Position numbers and translations under genes: made by a program. Positions 12,577 to 25,263 of a stretch of 64,000 nt of DNA are shown here, piece after piece. Below the pieces are notes generated by a model. That model was given only the letters and a program-made list of their open reading frames with translations. It had not been told where the DNA came from and searched no databases. The stretch comes from Lingula anatina (lineage: Eukaryota; Animalia; Brachiopoda), in contig CM120641.1 in assembly GCA_051362555.1 (NCBI GenBank), positions 18,476,001 through 18,540,000 on the forward strand, read 5' to 3'. The number at the start of each line of letters is the position of its first letter. The first letter of the stretch is position 1.

Positions 12577-14872
12577 GATAGGGTTTAGCTTGGTAAATAT
12601 GGTTGGGCGGTGATGTAATAGTTAGCGAATGAATGCTTGTGGGTAGACCTTATTTTCAGATAGGGGTAGTAGGTTGTGTCGTATCAAGACAGTGCCTTTT
12701 CGTGATCTTTTAATGTTGCACGTGCAGAATGTGATGTAAGTATATTGATCTTATCTTATAATCTATTTCAAAAAAGTTAATAGAATGTGTTGAGGTTACA
12801 AAGTCAGTAAAAGTTCCCTAACTTTTTAAACGAAAATTTGCTGTTATTTTAGTGCGATTTGGTCTTATTTTTGGTAAATGTGAACACATGTAAAATAAAC
12901 CATAGCAGTAAAAATAATTTAATTGTGTGATTCGATAAAAACCAAAAAGGTCCTGATCCTCAATTCTGCATCTAACAACACCTTGCTTTCAAAGTCCGAG
13001 CACCTGTATCCCCTTCACTATATTGATCAGGATCGCTTTCAAATATCTAGACTTTCACTATTTTAAATCAATGATTTCATTCAAAAAGTGGTTGATTTTA
13101 TGTTCCCATATGATAATATATATTTTATTATGAAAATTTTATTGATAAAATGAAAAATTCTGTGAACAGATTTTGAAATTATATTATCAACTTTTGATGA
13201 TGGTCAATATGATTTGGCATGGCGTTAAGGGCATTACGCGTGCGCATTGCTCTTTCGATTTAGGTCAACGGGAGGAGTTTCGTTGATTGACAAACGGTAA
13301 ATGATGTAATCGCGTGAAGTTGCACACCCGTACAATCCAATGTTAATCGTGTAATGCACTTTGAGTGACCCTGAATATACTATAGATTTACTTATGGACG
13401 ACCGGAATGACCATAAGTGTGAATTAGCAATGTTATTCAATCGAGGTCATCTTGTCCGCGTGAGGTTCGATTCGTTCAGTTCCTAAGTATCTACTAATAA
13501 GAGGAGCCTAGATAATTTTTGCTATTGATTTCGGGTAATAGGCCCAATGGCTTTTTTTATCCAACAACATGCGGGCGACAGTAGAAAATGTACATAATTT
13601 ATATTGTCGTCATACCTGATTTATATTTGCAGACGGATAAGCATATGCCTAGCAATATATAGGAGATATAGGGGCCTACAAATGATCTTAAATTATCAAA
13701 GTGTAATAAGCGAAGTAATATTGACTGGCGTTTAATAAATGATTATCGGATTAGCAAATGGAATAAAATACACAAATAAACAGACAAATGTGGTAGTAAA
13801 CGAAAAGATAAAAATGGTTAGCCCATAGAATATACTGTAATATATAATTTACCAGTATATCAATCAATTTTCAACCAATTAATCCCTATGTTCGCTACAA
13901 CTTTGCCTTCTCATGTCTCCTAGATAGGTCTACTAATGACAAAATGTATTAAAGATGAGAACCGTATAAGAAAATATCATTGATTTTGATACTGTATGTG
14001 GTCAGTGGCCATCAATGTCCACTGAAAAATATTGATCGTTATGCCTGTAGCGCCAAGTCAACGCCAGGAAAAGATCCTGAAAAAATATGTGGTGCATAAT
14101 GCAATTATAATTTTACGTACACCATTGTCTCTTATGTAATTTGTCTCTTATTTGTGTATATATTTATAAGTATTGTACAAGTTTAGGGCCTATATAGGAA
14201 ATGCCCAGATCAATACCAGTTGCGAGAATATTTATATGCGTTGTGTGGTTTTCTTCCTCTGACGGCATTTACCATCCTTTTTCAAATTTCATGATATAAT
14301 GTAATTTGTCGAGATGAAAATCTGCTGGTCAGATATACACCTTTTTTTATTAATTATGTCTTCTTTCCTTTGTAAAGTCTCTTATACTTACGTTTACTCT
14401 TGTTCAACTAGATGGAAATTGATTATTTGGATACACCAGTAAACTAATTATGTTGTTTATCGTTATATTTATGTATATTATTTCCATAAATAACAAGGTA
14501 AAGCAACCGGGAGTGTAAAATAGCATCTAAATGAATGCAAATAATTTAACAGAAATTTTATCCTAAATAAAATCTCGAGAAAAAGACTACTTAAAAACTT
14601 GAATAAAGGTGCCCAAGGTAATTCAATAACGTTGTGAAACTTTAAGTAAAAAATACGTCTGTATCTATGATTTTTAAAATCTTTAGGGAAAAAACTTATT
14701 CAAGATCGGCCGTAGCTAAATTGATGCAAGCGGTGATTTAAATGTTTCCATTATACAAATTAAGTATTGAAAAGCATACTAAAATGAAGAAGAGGACGAC
14801 CCGAATAATTCTAGCAGCACGCATGCTGTGTCATCACAACTTTTTTCAACATATTTTTTCTTTAAAAAATAC

Positions 14873-14916
<44 letters not shown>
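14873..14916. repeat. (AAT)n microsatellite
   Basis: Direct reading. Confidence 0.9.
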
Positions 14917-14918
<2 letters not shown>

Positions 14919-15873
14919 TACTGGACGTTCTGCACTGATCAGAAAAAAGGAAAAATAAACGTTTCGCATTGCTTATAGTTTTGGGCTTTGGTATAAGAAC
15001 TCACTGGGTTTGTTTTGATTGAATTATCATCTCCAAATACATTTTTTTTCTCTTTTCTATGCTTTTACTTAAAAAGAAAGAGGAGTAATGTGAGATATGA
15101 GTATGAAATTGTGGACTGAGTTGGCAATTAGTTAAATGATGCTTTGATGGACATTCACAAGGAATTTTATTATCATTATTATCATTTTTATTGCAACAAC
15201 ATTTTAAATTCCGAGTTAATCCTCACAACCCAACCAACTAAATTGTATAAAATAGACGAAATAATTTATATTGATCACAAGAATATAATATTAATTTTAT
15301 CTGTAGAGAAAAATACTGTACTTGTTAAAACATTTCAAAATAACGACTTAATCGCATGTGAAAATTGCATTTTAGATCCTAGGTAAAGTAAGTCATTGTT
15401 TCCATATTCTTGTAACAACAATTAACGATCAACTGTTTGACAGACGAAGCCCTTTACATTAATCAAAATATCTGCCCAACATTATGTAATAATAGAAGCC
15501 GAAAAAGGGCAAGTTAAAAAATATTATCAAGTATCGCTACATCACATTTTGAGAATAAAATGTCACTAAAATCAAGTCTTTCTGTAAAGCAGTCATTACG
15601 TGGAGACTAATAACGAGTGCTGTCCGGGCGATTTTACAGACAAAGATACCCCAGTGCCTCACCCACCTCAAAATTTATCATAGTTAAATTGGTTCGTGTT
15701 TCCAATAATTCTACTAGGTAAACCCACAAAAATCAATTAATTAATTAACATAATCCAGGACCGAAGGGAATTCCATTAAAATCTGCTGGATGGGTGCCTA
15801 TCATTTAATGTCGATCCTAAAGTTTATCTATTCATCTAGTTTGTCGATTTACGGCCATTTTTTTTTTTTTTTT

Positions 15874-15980
15874 AGTAAACCAAAATATTAAATATTTCAG
15901 TCATAGTAAGGACAAAATTTTATGAGTAAACCAAAATATTTAATATTTTATGAGTAAACCAAAATATTTAATATTTCAGT
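15874..15980 (+). repeat. Three short direct repeats AGTAAACCAAAATATT(T)AA(T)ATTT
   Basis: Copies at about 15874, 15925 and 15953. Confidence 0.7.
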
Positions 15981-16087
15981 CAAAACAAATGGGATTTGTT
16001 CCAAATTGTAGGCAATCCTATTTTTTTTACTATAAACTGTATAGGACGGATGTTGCGTTACTACAAATGTGTGTCCGATTTTTGTTA

Positions 16088-16319
16088 TGCCCCTATTTCA
16101 CACAGACCACGAATCCTACGAATCGCCAGGAATTAACTAATTTCTGGATTCGTGGTTGAATCGTAATCAGTTCGTGATTGATCAAGAATTGCAAGAACTG
16201 ACTACGAATATATACGAATGTTAAGAACTTCACGAACTGATTACGATTCAACCACGAATCCTGAAATTTGTCAATTCCTGGCGATTCATGGGATTCGTGG
16301 TCTGAGTGAAATAGGGGCA
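16088..16319. mobile_element. Tourist/PIF-Harbinger-like MITE
   Basis: About 45-bp TIRs TGCCCCTATTTCACACAGACCACGAATCC.../...GGATTCGTGGTCTGAGTGAAATAGGGGCA, flanked by TTA on both sides. Confidence 0.8.
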
Positions 16320-18101
16320 TTAGGTAGACTTCACTCTTCACTTTTTTCGCAACTTCTCAAGGTAAAAATATTGACAATTTCCTAATTTTGTAAACTTAAC
16401 CACTACTTCATAAGCATTAATATTGTTGCTATGGCCAGTCAAAATTTGGGTCCACTCGAACTGATCTGATTTTGGGTTCAGTCGGTTCATTTCCACAAGT
16501 AGATTTGTCAGCTACTCGTACATGATGTATGACATGCCCTGCTGCAAGCCGTTTATATTTTAAGCATTGTAAGCCGTTGCCATTGGGAGTTAGCACTTTG
16601 CTGCAACTGCTGAATGTTTTAAAATTGTTATTTTAATTCATTTTGAATGTGTTATTTCAACGAATTAGAACTTACAGCATTAAAAAGTACGTTTCTATCT
16701 AGGAACCATCATAGTAATCAGTTTGATGAGTCCCGGTTTCAGGAATAAGACAAGCACATGACAGGAAAGTGCATAAGAATGCAATGATGAATTCAAATCT
16801 TTTAATGTTAAAAAATCTGTTATCCCGGCTTTCCACAAATTACAGTATACCTGTAACCATCTTCAATTAACATTTTTGGAAACGGTCCTAAATTTGGTAT
16901 CTGATCAGCTGTTGATTAATAAACAAAAAACTTCATATTTAAGAAGACATTTATTTTTCCAAAAATCGCTTTTCTCTCATATGTAATGCCACAGATGGTA
17001 ATGACTGACGTCATTTTGTCCCACTTTTTGCCATGTACAATACAAGCAAGGACCTCTCCCAATATCCACATAATGCAATCTCAGGATGACAAAATATCTG
17101 TTCATCTCAGGCAGAATATGATTTTCCATTTATTTCTGTGATTGTTAAACTGCACAACACACACCTAGTCCTCCTCCGATCGCGTCCTGATGAGTGACCT
17201 ATGCGCGGCCAGTGTGGATTAATCACCCCGCCATGCCAAGCCCGCGACCCAGTGAGGAAACCGTAATTAACGTCTCTTTTCTGTGTAGTGAAAATTGATT
17301 TGCCACGATTTGCCGTTGTTGTGAAGGAAACTTCAGGAGATCGGGGGAAATAAAGACACACTTCACCTATATTAATTTTTCTCTTTAAAGTACCGCAGGT
17401 TTAGAGAAATGTGTGTAAGAAATAAAAAGATGCTTGTGATGCTCGCAATCGTATCTTATTGTAATGGGAAACCTGTGCATGGACCATCATCTCCTCCTAA
17501 GGCCTCCATAATTAGATAATCTCCTATAAACCTTATAAAACAGACATCTAATGAGCGATACTCAGCCATATGAGTGATATTCAATTTGTTTGAAATTGAT
17601 TTTTCTTTCAGTGGGATTGTGCAATGTAACACAAACAGTAGACCTGGCAAAGGATGACCTTGCTGTCAGGTGTTGAGTTGCATACCAATAACTGAGATGG
17701 CCGCTGCATGAACCCGACGCCTTCGTTCAAGTCAGTGCACCAACAAAAACCCCATATTTGTCTCAGTGCCCGAAGATAAACAAAACATGATGGTGGAGTA
17801 AGGGGTCGCGTGATATTGAGTTATCCAGCTCCTGCGTGATGCTGTCACTTAAAGACCCCTGGTCGGGGTCACCGATCACGAAGCCTTGACAAGGCTGAAC
17901 ACGCCTCATACACAATTTTAATAGGACAGATATATAGCTCAACATATGCTGTGTATTAAATACAAAATGATAAAATTACTTGTTATAATTATATTATCGT
18001 AATATTGACAACGGATAGGTCTGATACCTGTGGACAGCAGGACAAAAAATGTTCCCCTAAATTTTTCTTATTTCTTCCATGCCAGCAGTCAATCCGAGTG
18101 C

Positions 18102-18207
18102 AGCGATGTGGATTTTGGTTACATCTTCCCCCGCCCTTCACCCCACCACCATATTCCCTTACTCCTCCCCCTCCCCTCCCCCTGGCGAATTCCTGGATTC
18201 ATCACTG
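18102..18207. mobile_element. Degenerate remnant similar to the 20421 MITE family
   Basis: CAGCGATGTGGAT... start, C-rich interior, ...CCTGGATTCATCACTG end. Confidence 0.35.
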
Positions 18208-20420
18208 AAGAATAAAACATTTTGTCATCTACCATACAAGTCAATTATTGGATAATTAAAATCCAAACCAATCCTCTTTACAAATTAAAGCAAAGCGCAT
18301 TTCTTCTATTCAAAACGAATGTCCCGCTGGCGATATACGTGGACTTTGCATTTGCATGTTTAAAGAATTAGTCACATGGAGCCCGTTTTCGCAGAGGCAT
18401 CTCGCTACTCAACAAATGGACTCATTATGTTATAGCAGATTGGATAACTAAAATAGTAACAGCTGACCGCGACTTCACCTCTCTGAAAGTACCATCAACA
18501 ATCAATATTGTTTGAACCGACAGTAGCTGAATGTCTACAAGAAGCCGCACATGTAATATAGTAATGAGTAAATAAAACAAAATGAAAACCAACGATTTAT
18601 ACGCGTCAGAGGGCTATTGCGTCTTCAGACTTAGTCCAGATAGCAGAAGTGAAGTGAGGTCATCAGACGGGGAGCATAAAGGCTTCAGAACGTTGGTTCT
18701 AGTGTTCTTGTTGCCTTTATCTTTTTTGGCAACATAAAAGTCAAGGACACATCTGAGAGAGCTAGAATTGATAAATAATATTGGACATGAAATAAATAAT
18801 AATTATAATAATAACAAATGAACTTTTATTTTTTTATTTGTTTATTTAAATTTATTTTAATTATTGTTATTATTATTTTTTTTTTTTTGCAAATGATTTT
18901 TATATATCTTAAATTTTGCACCGATTTGTAACTTAATTTCACTTACTTAATTGTATTAGTTTAAAATATTTTACGTTGACGTTATGAGCTGCTTGCTAAC
19001 CATGGGATGTTAAGTAGTTTTTCTTTCTTTGTCGACTACATTTTCAGGATAATATCCATGGATTGTTTTATATACGTCTTATTAAAGAACTATTTTTACA
19101 TAGCATCTAAAATTTCCCCAGATTTATTCAGAATGCACGGTTTCGTTATTTCACCCCTACTATATTTCATACTTCTTTACAATCATATATCATATATGTA
19201 CCGGTGTATTGGTTATATAATGTATTGCTTTTTTAACTCCTTCCCAACGCTTCCACCACTTATAGTCCTTGATCTACCTTAAACTCTAAAAAGATTACAT
19301 ATACTGTATACATTATATGTAATATTTATCCATTATCTTCAGAATCGCCGTCCATCATTTTGAAGAATTATATGGTACTATTTTTAATTCCTTTGCTTAT
19401 GGTCAGGATAGAATAGTTTATTCTATTTTTTTGCATATTCCATTTATTTTATCGCCAAATAAATGGATAAAAGTATGACAATATGGGAAATGCAAAGGGA
19501 ACAATGGTCCTACAACTTTTTCAATGTATTGTTTCACGAAAATTTCGCACAGGAACTTTGCTAAATTCATTATTAATTTTGGAATGTGACCAAATGAAGT
19601 TACACCTCAAATTATTTTGAAGTTACCAAAGTTCCACCTCAAATTGGCTATGATATTAAGAGAAAGTAGAATAAAAACCAGCAAGCACACACAAAAATGT
19701 ACGATTAATTATGTGCGAAATTTCTGTGCCAAAGCACAATTAGCATCCAGTTATTCTTAAAAAAAAAAGCTTTTAAATAATTCTATATAACCATGCCAAT
19801 CCATGTACACAATAACGAGCTAGCCAAGAGGAAATACTGTCCAAGGCCAATATTTCAAGCGTGACCGTGATAAATAGTGCTTTTTTAAAAGAAAAATTGT
19901 AAGATAAGGCCCGCAAAATAATAATAATAATAATAATAAACTGTGAAATGGGTCAGGGTTTCAAGCCGTTTAAGGTGGGGAGTAAAGGGTCATCCATTCA
20001 CAGGGCGTAAACAGCTCAATCCATTTTCACTTTTCATAATCTTGTCCCTTAATGCGTAATCGTCCTTGCCACCTGATTGTGAGTCTATTGCCGGTTATCA
20101 GTGGCTGACTGTCAGTGTTGCCCTTGGGCGCTGTCGGATTGAAAAAAAAAAAACGCACACACACCGTTGAAAACAAATTGCCGTTGACTGGTGGAATTTG
20201 TCAACCAATACAAAAAACTGACAGATGTATTCATTTTATCAGTAGCCTTAATCTGCCAAGAGAGAGACCGCAAATAGTTACATTTCTGAAAAGGAAACAA
20301 GACAACAAAAAATCTTGCCATTTATCACAATCGGTTGTTCCATAATGTCAACCATCTCAACTAGTGCAATAAGAAGATAGGGGTGCCACGTGGACGTGAG
20401 CTTTCGTGCCAGAAGGTGTG

Positions 20421-20712
20421 CTGGGGCGGATCCAGGCTTATTTTAAGGGAGGGGGGGGGGGGGGGGGGTCCGAAACAACAGGCCTCAGATGCGAAGCCTA
20501 CAATCGCCCCCTGGGTGTGGGGTTCGGGGCCTGCTTAAGGGCCCCTAAAATTTTTTGGTGTTTTGGAGAGCAAACAGTGCTCTTTGGTACGATCAAAAAC
20601 TATGATTTAGCTAGTCAAAATTTTAATTTCAGGTGGGGAATATTGGTTTGTTATATTTTTCAGAAACCGGTCAGGACCTCCCTGCCCCCCCCCCCCTCTA
20701 AATCCTCCACTG
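20421..20712. mobile_element. Non-autonomous DNA transposon (hAT-like MITE)
   Basis: Imperfect TIRs CTGGGGCGGATCCAG/CTAAATCCTCCACTG, subterminal poly-G/poly-C, 6-bp TSD GGTGTG (20415-20420, 20713-20718). Confidence 0.75.
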
Positions 20713-21429
20713 GGTGTGTGAGTTTCGCTGGGGGTAGGGTAGAAGTGTATTTCAAATAGTTTACTGTTGAAGAAATATTCAAACACGTATTCAAACGTTT
20801 TTCGAGGCAGTACGACCAACGTACAGAAGCATAAGCACTCCTTTGTCTGAAATATTGTTGACAACACCGAAAAAAATGAATGTCATCAGAGACTTTAATT
20901 AATAGTGTTTCATGATACTATAATGCTTTTAAACAAAACATGAAAACATTTTAAAATGATATTAATAACTCTTATTGATGCTTGTTAAAATCAACATTTA
21001 TTTCAATTCATGGAATAAAACAATTGCAAACTTTTTAACGATAAAGTTATGATTAAATTGTGCCCTGGTACTATTTCTCTCATAACACCACTGTGTCACC
21101 ACATTTACGAAATATTTAAAGTGGATTACATGCTTGTGATTCTAATGAAAGCGAGCTTACATTTGGTAGTTTTGAGATGCAAGAGCCCAAACGCATGTGA
21201 CCATAAAAAATTTGATATGTTGAACCCTGGGTTCTGTACCATAACTTGCATTGCCCAGCTCATTGTGAAATCTGTTATATTTTTGACAAACAATCTAGTT
21301 GCAAATTAGTACCAAAACTAAACGAGTGTTTTAACTGAAAACCGTAATGTGACTAAAACATTGAAATTCAAGATCTCACACGAAAACCTATAATAGCAAG
21401 AAGTGCATTTTCGTCAGGTGATTGAAAGC

Positions 21430-21481
<52 letters not shown>
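21430..21481. repeat. (AAT)n microsatellite
   Basis: Direct reading. Confidence 0.9.
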
Positions 21482-21493
<12 letters not shown>

Positions 21494-21989
21494 ATTACAT
21501 ATATTAGCATCATTATTATTATTAGTATTAGTATTATTAAAGATTGATATGGAAAACGCTTTCGGATTCAGTGGTTTGAATTAATGAATAAACATACGGT
21601 TGACATTCGCGGAAGTGTCAAAAGTGCAATCAAAATTCGTTTCAAAAAAGATTTCACAGCAATTTGTCACGTACAATATTAAATATTTCTCGCATAATTA
21701 ATTCATGTACTAAATGATGCTTTATTAAGAATAAAAAGGTAAATAGATGAATAAATAAATGAGTTCAACATCTTTCTGGTGTTTAATTCGTTTTAAGATA
21801 ATTCAAGTTGAGAAATAATCTGCGGCATGGCCTGCAGAGACATAGATATTGAAAACTAATGATTTTCATGGTTCAGCGGCTAAACCTTAATGCATAACTA
21901 TTGCCATACCCTATAACGCCAGGTCATCGATCTTTCATTGACCAAGAGTTGGCAATGGTAATCAGTAATAAAACAATAACGTAAACTCT

Positions 21990-22208
21990 CGGCGACTGTC
22001 TGGCGTTCGCTGTGGTCTGGGTTTGTCCATTTTTCTCATCCCACTGCGACTTATTCTTATTTCCTATTCATTCGTAATAACAGATAGAAATTAGCAAAGA
22101 GAACATGATCAGAATGACTAAATTTGTTTGGCAGTCAAGAACAGTAACTCCACAGTCTTCATTCTGCTTGACCAGCTCATAGGGCAAAGGCGTTACTGAT
22201 TGCAACAG
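21990..22208 (+). other. Candidate non-coding first exon of RAR (5' boundary approximate)
   Basis: Strong donor CAG|GTGAGA at 22208/22209, at the right edge of the CpG-containing intergenic zone; sequence downstream looks CpG-depleted by eye; contains a short uORF (ATG ATC AGA...TCA TAG). Confidence 0.4.
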
Positions 22209-22934
22209 GTGAGAAACCCAGTGGATCCTATTGTGATAGTCTCAGCGTGTTGCATCAACATACGTCAGAAGCCGGGGTCAAATGGTTTTAACACCGCATC
22301 GTGGCCTGCCAAGGAAGTTAAAACATTACAAGAACGAAGAATGGTAACGTTGTAGAATTATGAAGTTGAACTTTTTTGTTTTTTTGGAGAAAGAATGTTA
22401 CTAAGAATTTTTGTGAGATGCTGTTATTTCTTTTACGATAGTTGTGACGCAAAGTGATATAAGAATGAAAGATGCCCACGCAGTTGTGTAAGTGTCATTG
22501 AAATTAACAGCCGTGAAGCATTGGTTTCATAATTTCATTGCAAGAGCGTACTGCAGAATTTGCTTTTAGACAATTGATTAAGACTTTCTCTGAAAACAGT
22601 TTCATTATTCCAATCCATATGTTCATTTGACATCATTGTCAAAATCTCAAGAAATTATTACCCCTGGGTGAACTTGTTAACAAAGGGGGGGGGGGGGGGG
22701 AAGAATATTTAAGGTTTTCATCTCCCTGCCTCAGTCAGTCACAATCCAACAGTGCAGGTATTTTATTAAAACAAAAATATGTTTTAAAAAATCCAGATTG
22801 AAATATGTTTTGTTGTGGGGTAATAGCCAAGAATTCGTGAGTTGATTGTCTTGAAACACAGTATATCCCAAGATTCTTGTAATGACACTAATATATGCAC
22901 TTTCCCCTCAAAACATTAACTCTATTAAGCAGCT

Positions 22935-22938
<4 letters not shown>

Positions 22939-22993
<55 letters not shown>
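22939..22993. repeat. (TA)n microsatellite
   Basis: Direct reading. Confidence 0.9.
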
Positions 22994-22996
<3 letters not shown>

Positions 22997-23453
22997 TGTA
23001 TTAATTATGTATTAATTACTGTAGCTGAGAGATGCCTTCAGATATAAATGTGTTGTTTAAATTGTAGATCACTCATGACCATGGGCTGGACAGAATTGTA
23101 ATTGTCCACTTCTGTGACTAAATTATTCTGTATTGTTGCTTTTAAAGTAAGTAGAATGTGTGTAGGTATGTTCAGGGTATTAAAGGCAGGCGATTCATTT
23201 CTTGTTGAGGCAGTGATGTGACAAATACATACATGTATATCAAACCATAGGTCTGTAGCCTCTAATGTGTCAAAGAAGGAATGGAAATGCTTTTTTCTGA
23301 AAAGTGAACTTTTTTTAAATTACCCCCCTTAGTTGGCCCAGATTGAGAAATGGCACAGGACCTAGATTAAATTTTGATTGGACCTTTTTCAGCTACTCTT
23401 GCTCCCAACACCTCCCATCCTCATTCCTATGGACCTGAACCAGCTTCTTATGA

Positions 23454-24007
23454 CAGGCCTACCCAACTACCAGACTCGGCACCTAAGGATCCTGAATTAA
23501 CCGGTATATCGGACCACGCTACCCGTTTTCAAGGTGTGTGTCAGATCGCATTTCGGAGTATCATACCCCAGAACAAATTTTGTAGCACGACTGCGGGCTC
23601 ATCCACACTCGGCTGAACAACCTTAAACTGTACTCTTACTTTAGAGTACTCTATTTTATTGTCTCTATGGGGATATATGGGGACTTTACGACATTCGGTT
23701 TGAATGTTTTAACCACTTTTGATAGGGCTTTTTTGCATTGTATTAGATTAATGTGGTAGTCTAAGGTTCATCTAGGTGGCTTTCAAAATTATGCACCCGG
23801 TTTTAAAATCATATAGCGATTTTACGACAATCGTTTACTATCCACTCAAGGTGACAGCCGAGCATGTCAGGGCTCATCCTGTCGGTGTTCTGGCTGATAC
23901 TCCGAAATGCTATCTGACACACACCTTGAAAACGGGTAGTGTGGTCCGATATACCGGTTAATTCAGGATCCTTAGGTGCCGAGTCTGGTAGTTCATGGGT
24001 AGGCCTG
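23454..24007. mobile_element. MITE family A, copy 1 (long TIRs)
   Basis: About 110-bp TIRs starting CAGGCCTACCCAACTACCAGACTCGGCACCTA; 6-bp TSD TTATGA (23448-23453, 24008-24013). Confidence 0.88.
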
Positions 24008-24377
24008 TTATGAGCTGGCTCACATTTTAACATTAATTTTAAGAATTTATAACTTCAAAAAATACAGGATCTATAAAATTTACAATTTTCCCCATTGAAG
24101 GTAGCATAACTATGTTGCCTTTAGCTTTATTTTGGATTAAAAAAAGAAATAAAACAGCATAACACCTTCATTTGCATTGTGGAATATTAAGAAAAGCACA
24201 GCCTCCTTATAGCTGGTCTTCAGGCTACAGTATACTTAAATGTAGTAAATTATGTCAACCACTGTCAAGACACGTGGCATGTATGTTGATTGTTATTTTG
24301 GCTATATGTTATGGCCTATCTGACACCATCATTCACAGCACTGCATAAGTGGCCTTAGGCTTGCAGCCAAAAGTTTG

Positions 24378-24550
24378 CTGGGGTAGCGCTAGCAATTTTT
24401 TTCGCTTAGCCAAATCATCACTTTTTTGTCAATTTGTTATGAAAAAGGTTTTAATTTGACTAAAATTCATCAAATCAAGTCATTTTTGTTTAGCCAATTT
24501 AAGTCAGTTTTAGCATTTGGCTAAATTGGCGAGTGCTAGTGCTACCCCAG
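24378..24550. mobile_element. Short MITE
   Basis: TIRs CTGGGGTAGCGCTAGCA/TGCTAGTGCTACCCCAG, inner TTAGCCAAAT repeats, 5-bp TSD GTTTG. Confidence 0.8.
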
Positions 24551-24668
24551 GTTTGGATCCTGAGTTTAAAAGATTCATAGAAACTATACCCCCTCCCCCC
24601 CTCCCACACACACACTCTTACATGTACTAGTATATGTGACTGCCATTTTCAGTGATATTTTGCCAATG

Positions 24669-24988
24669 ATGAAGAAAGCTTTTTTTTATCTGAAAAAACT
24701 GCAGTGGTACCCTTGTATATCAGATACTACTTAAAATTTTACATTTTCAAATTTTCAATTTAAATTTGTAAACTAAATTGGATTTAAACAAAATATTATG
24801 TAGATCTTCGCCCAAAGCAGAATAGGGAAATGAAGAAAACTTTTTTTGTCTGAAAAAACTGCATTGGTACCCTTGTATATCAGATACTACTTAAAATTTT
24901 ACATATTCAGATTTTCAATTTAAATTTGTATACTAAATTGGGTTTAAACAAAATATTATGTAGATCTTCGCCCAAAGCAGAATAGGGG
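24669..24988. repeat. Direct tandem duplication, 160-bp period, two near-identical copies
   Basis: TGAAAAAACTGCA(G/T)TGGTACCCTTGTATATCAG... begins at 24691 and again at 24851. Confidence 0.9.
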
Positions 24989-25001
24989 CTAAGTTAACTG
25001 G

Positions 25002-25263
25002 TAGGGCTCATTTCTATTAAAACTATTGATCTACACAGATTGATCCAACTCTGTGGGGACTTCAGCTGAATGCAACCAGATTAACATATTAACAGGGTTC
25101 CTTTTGTTTCCAACCTTCTTGTATAATCTCCCGTTTTTCTGTATTCTACTTAATGCCAGGAGGAGGCAAGTCAATCTGTTAAACTGATTGCATTCAGCGA
25201 GAGCCCCTGCAGAGTTGGATTGATCTTTGTAGACTGATATAGTTTCAATGGGAATGAGTCCTA
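25002..25263. mobile_element. Foldback MITE family B copy
   Basis: Imperfect about 90-bp inverted arms (TAGGGCTCATTTC...GATCCAACTCTG...GCTGAATGCAA / TTGCATTCAGC...CAGAGTTGGAT...GAATGAGTCCTA); homologous sequence at 31.7, 33.6 and 41.3 kb. Confidence 0.7.

Noticed and set aside
14742-14978. ORF with a poly-Ile run
   Set aside because: Translation of an (AAT)n microsatellite.
16720-18630. Hammerhead-ribozyme-like cores (TTGATGAGTCC at about 16723, CTGATGAG at about 17187, minus-strand CTGAAGA at about 18628)
   Set aside because: None has a properly placed stem II followed by GAAA and closing stems.
18640-19995. Weak DR4/DR2-like pairs (AAGTGA-n4-AGGTCA at about 18650; GGGTCA-n2-GTTTCA at 19950)
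   Set aside because: Too degenerate and isolated to distinguish from chance.
20406-20867. 117-aa and 86-aa ORFs with poly-Gly/Pro
   Set aside because: Derived from the poly-G/poly-C tracts of a MITE.
23374-24033. ORFs 23374-23616 (+) and 23809-24033 (-) with near-identical peptides
   Set aside because: Artefact of translating the two TIRs of one MITE; no transposase motifs.
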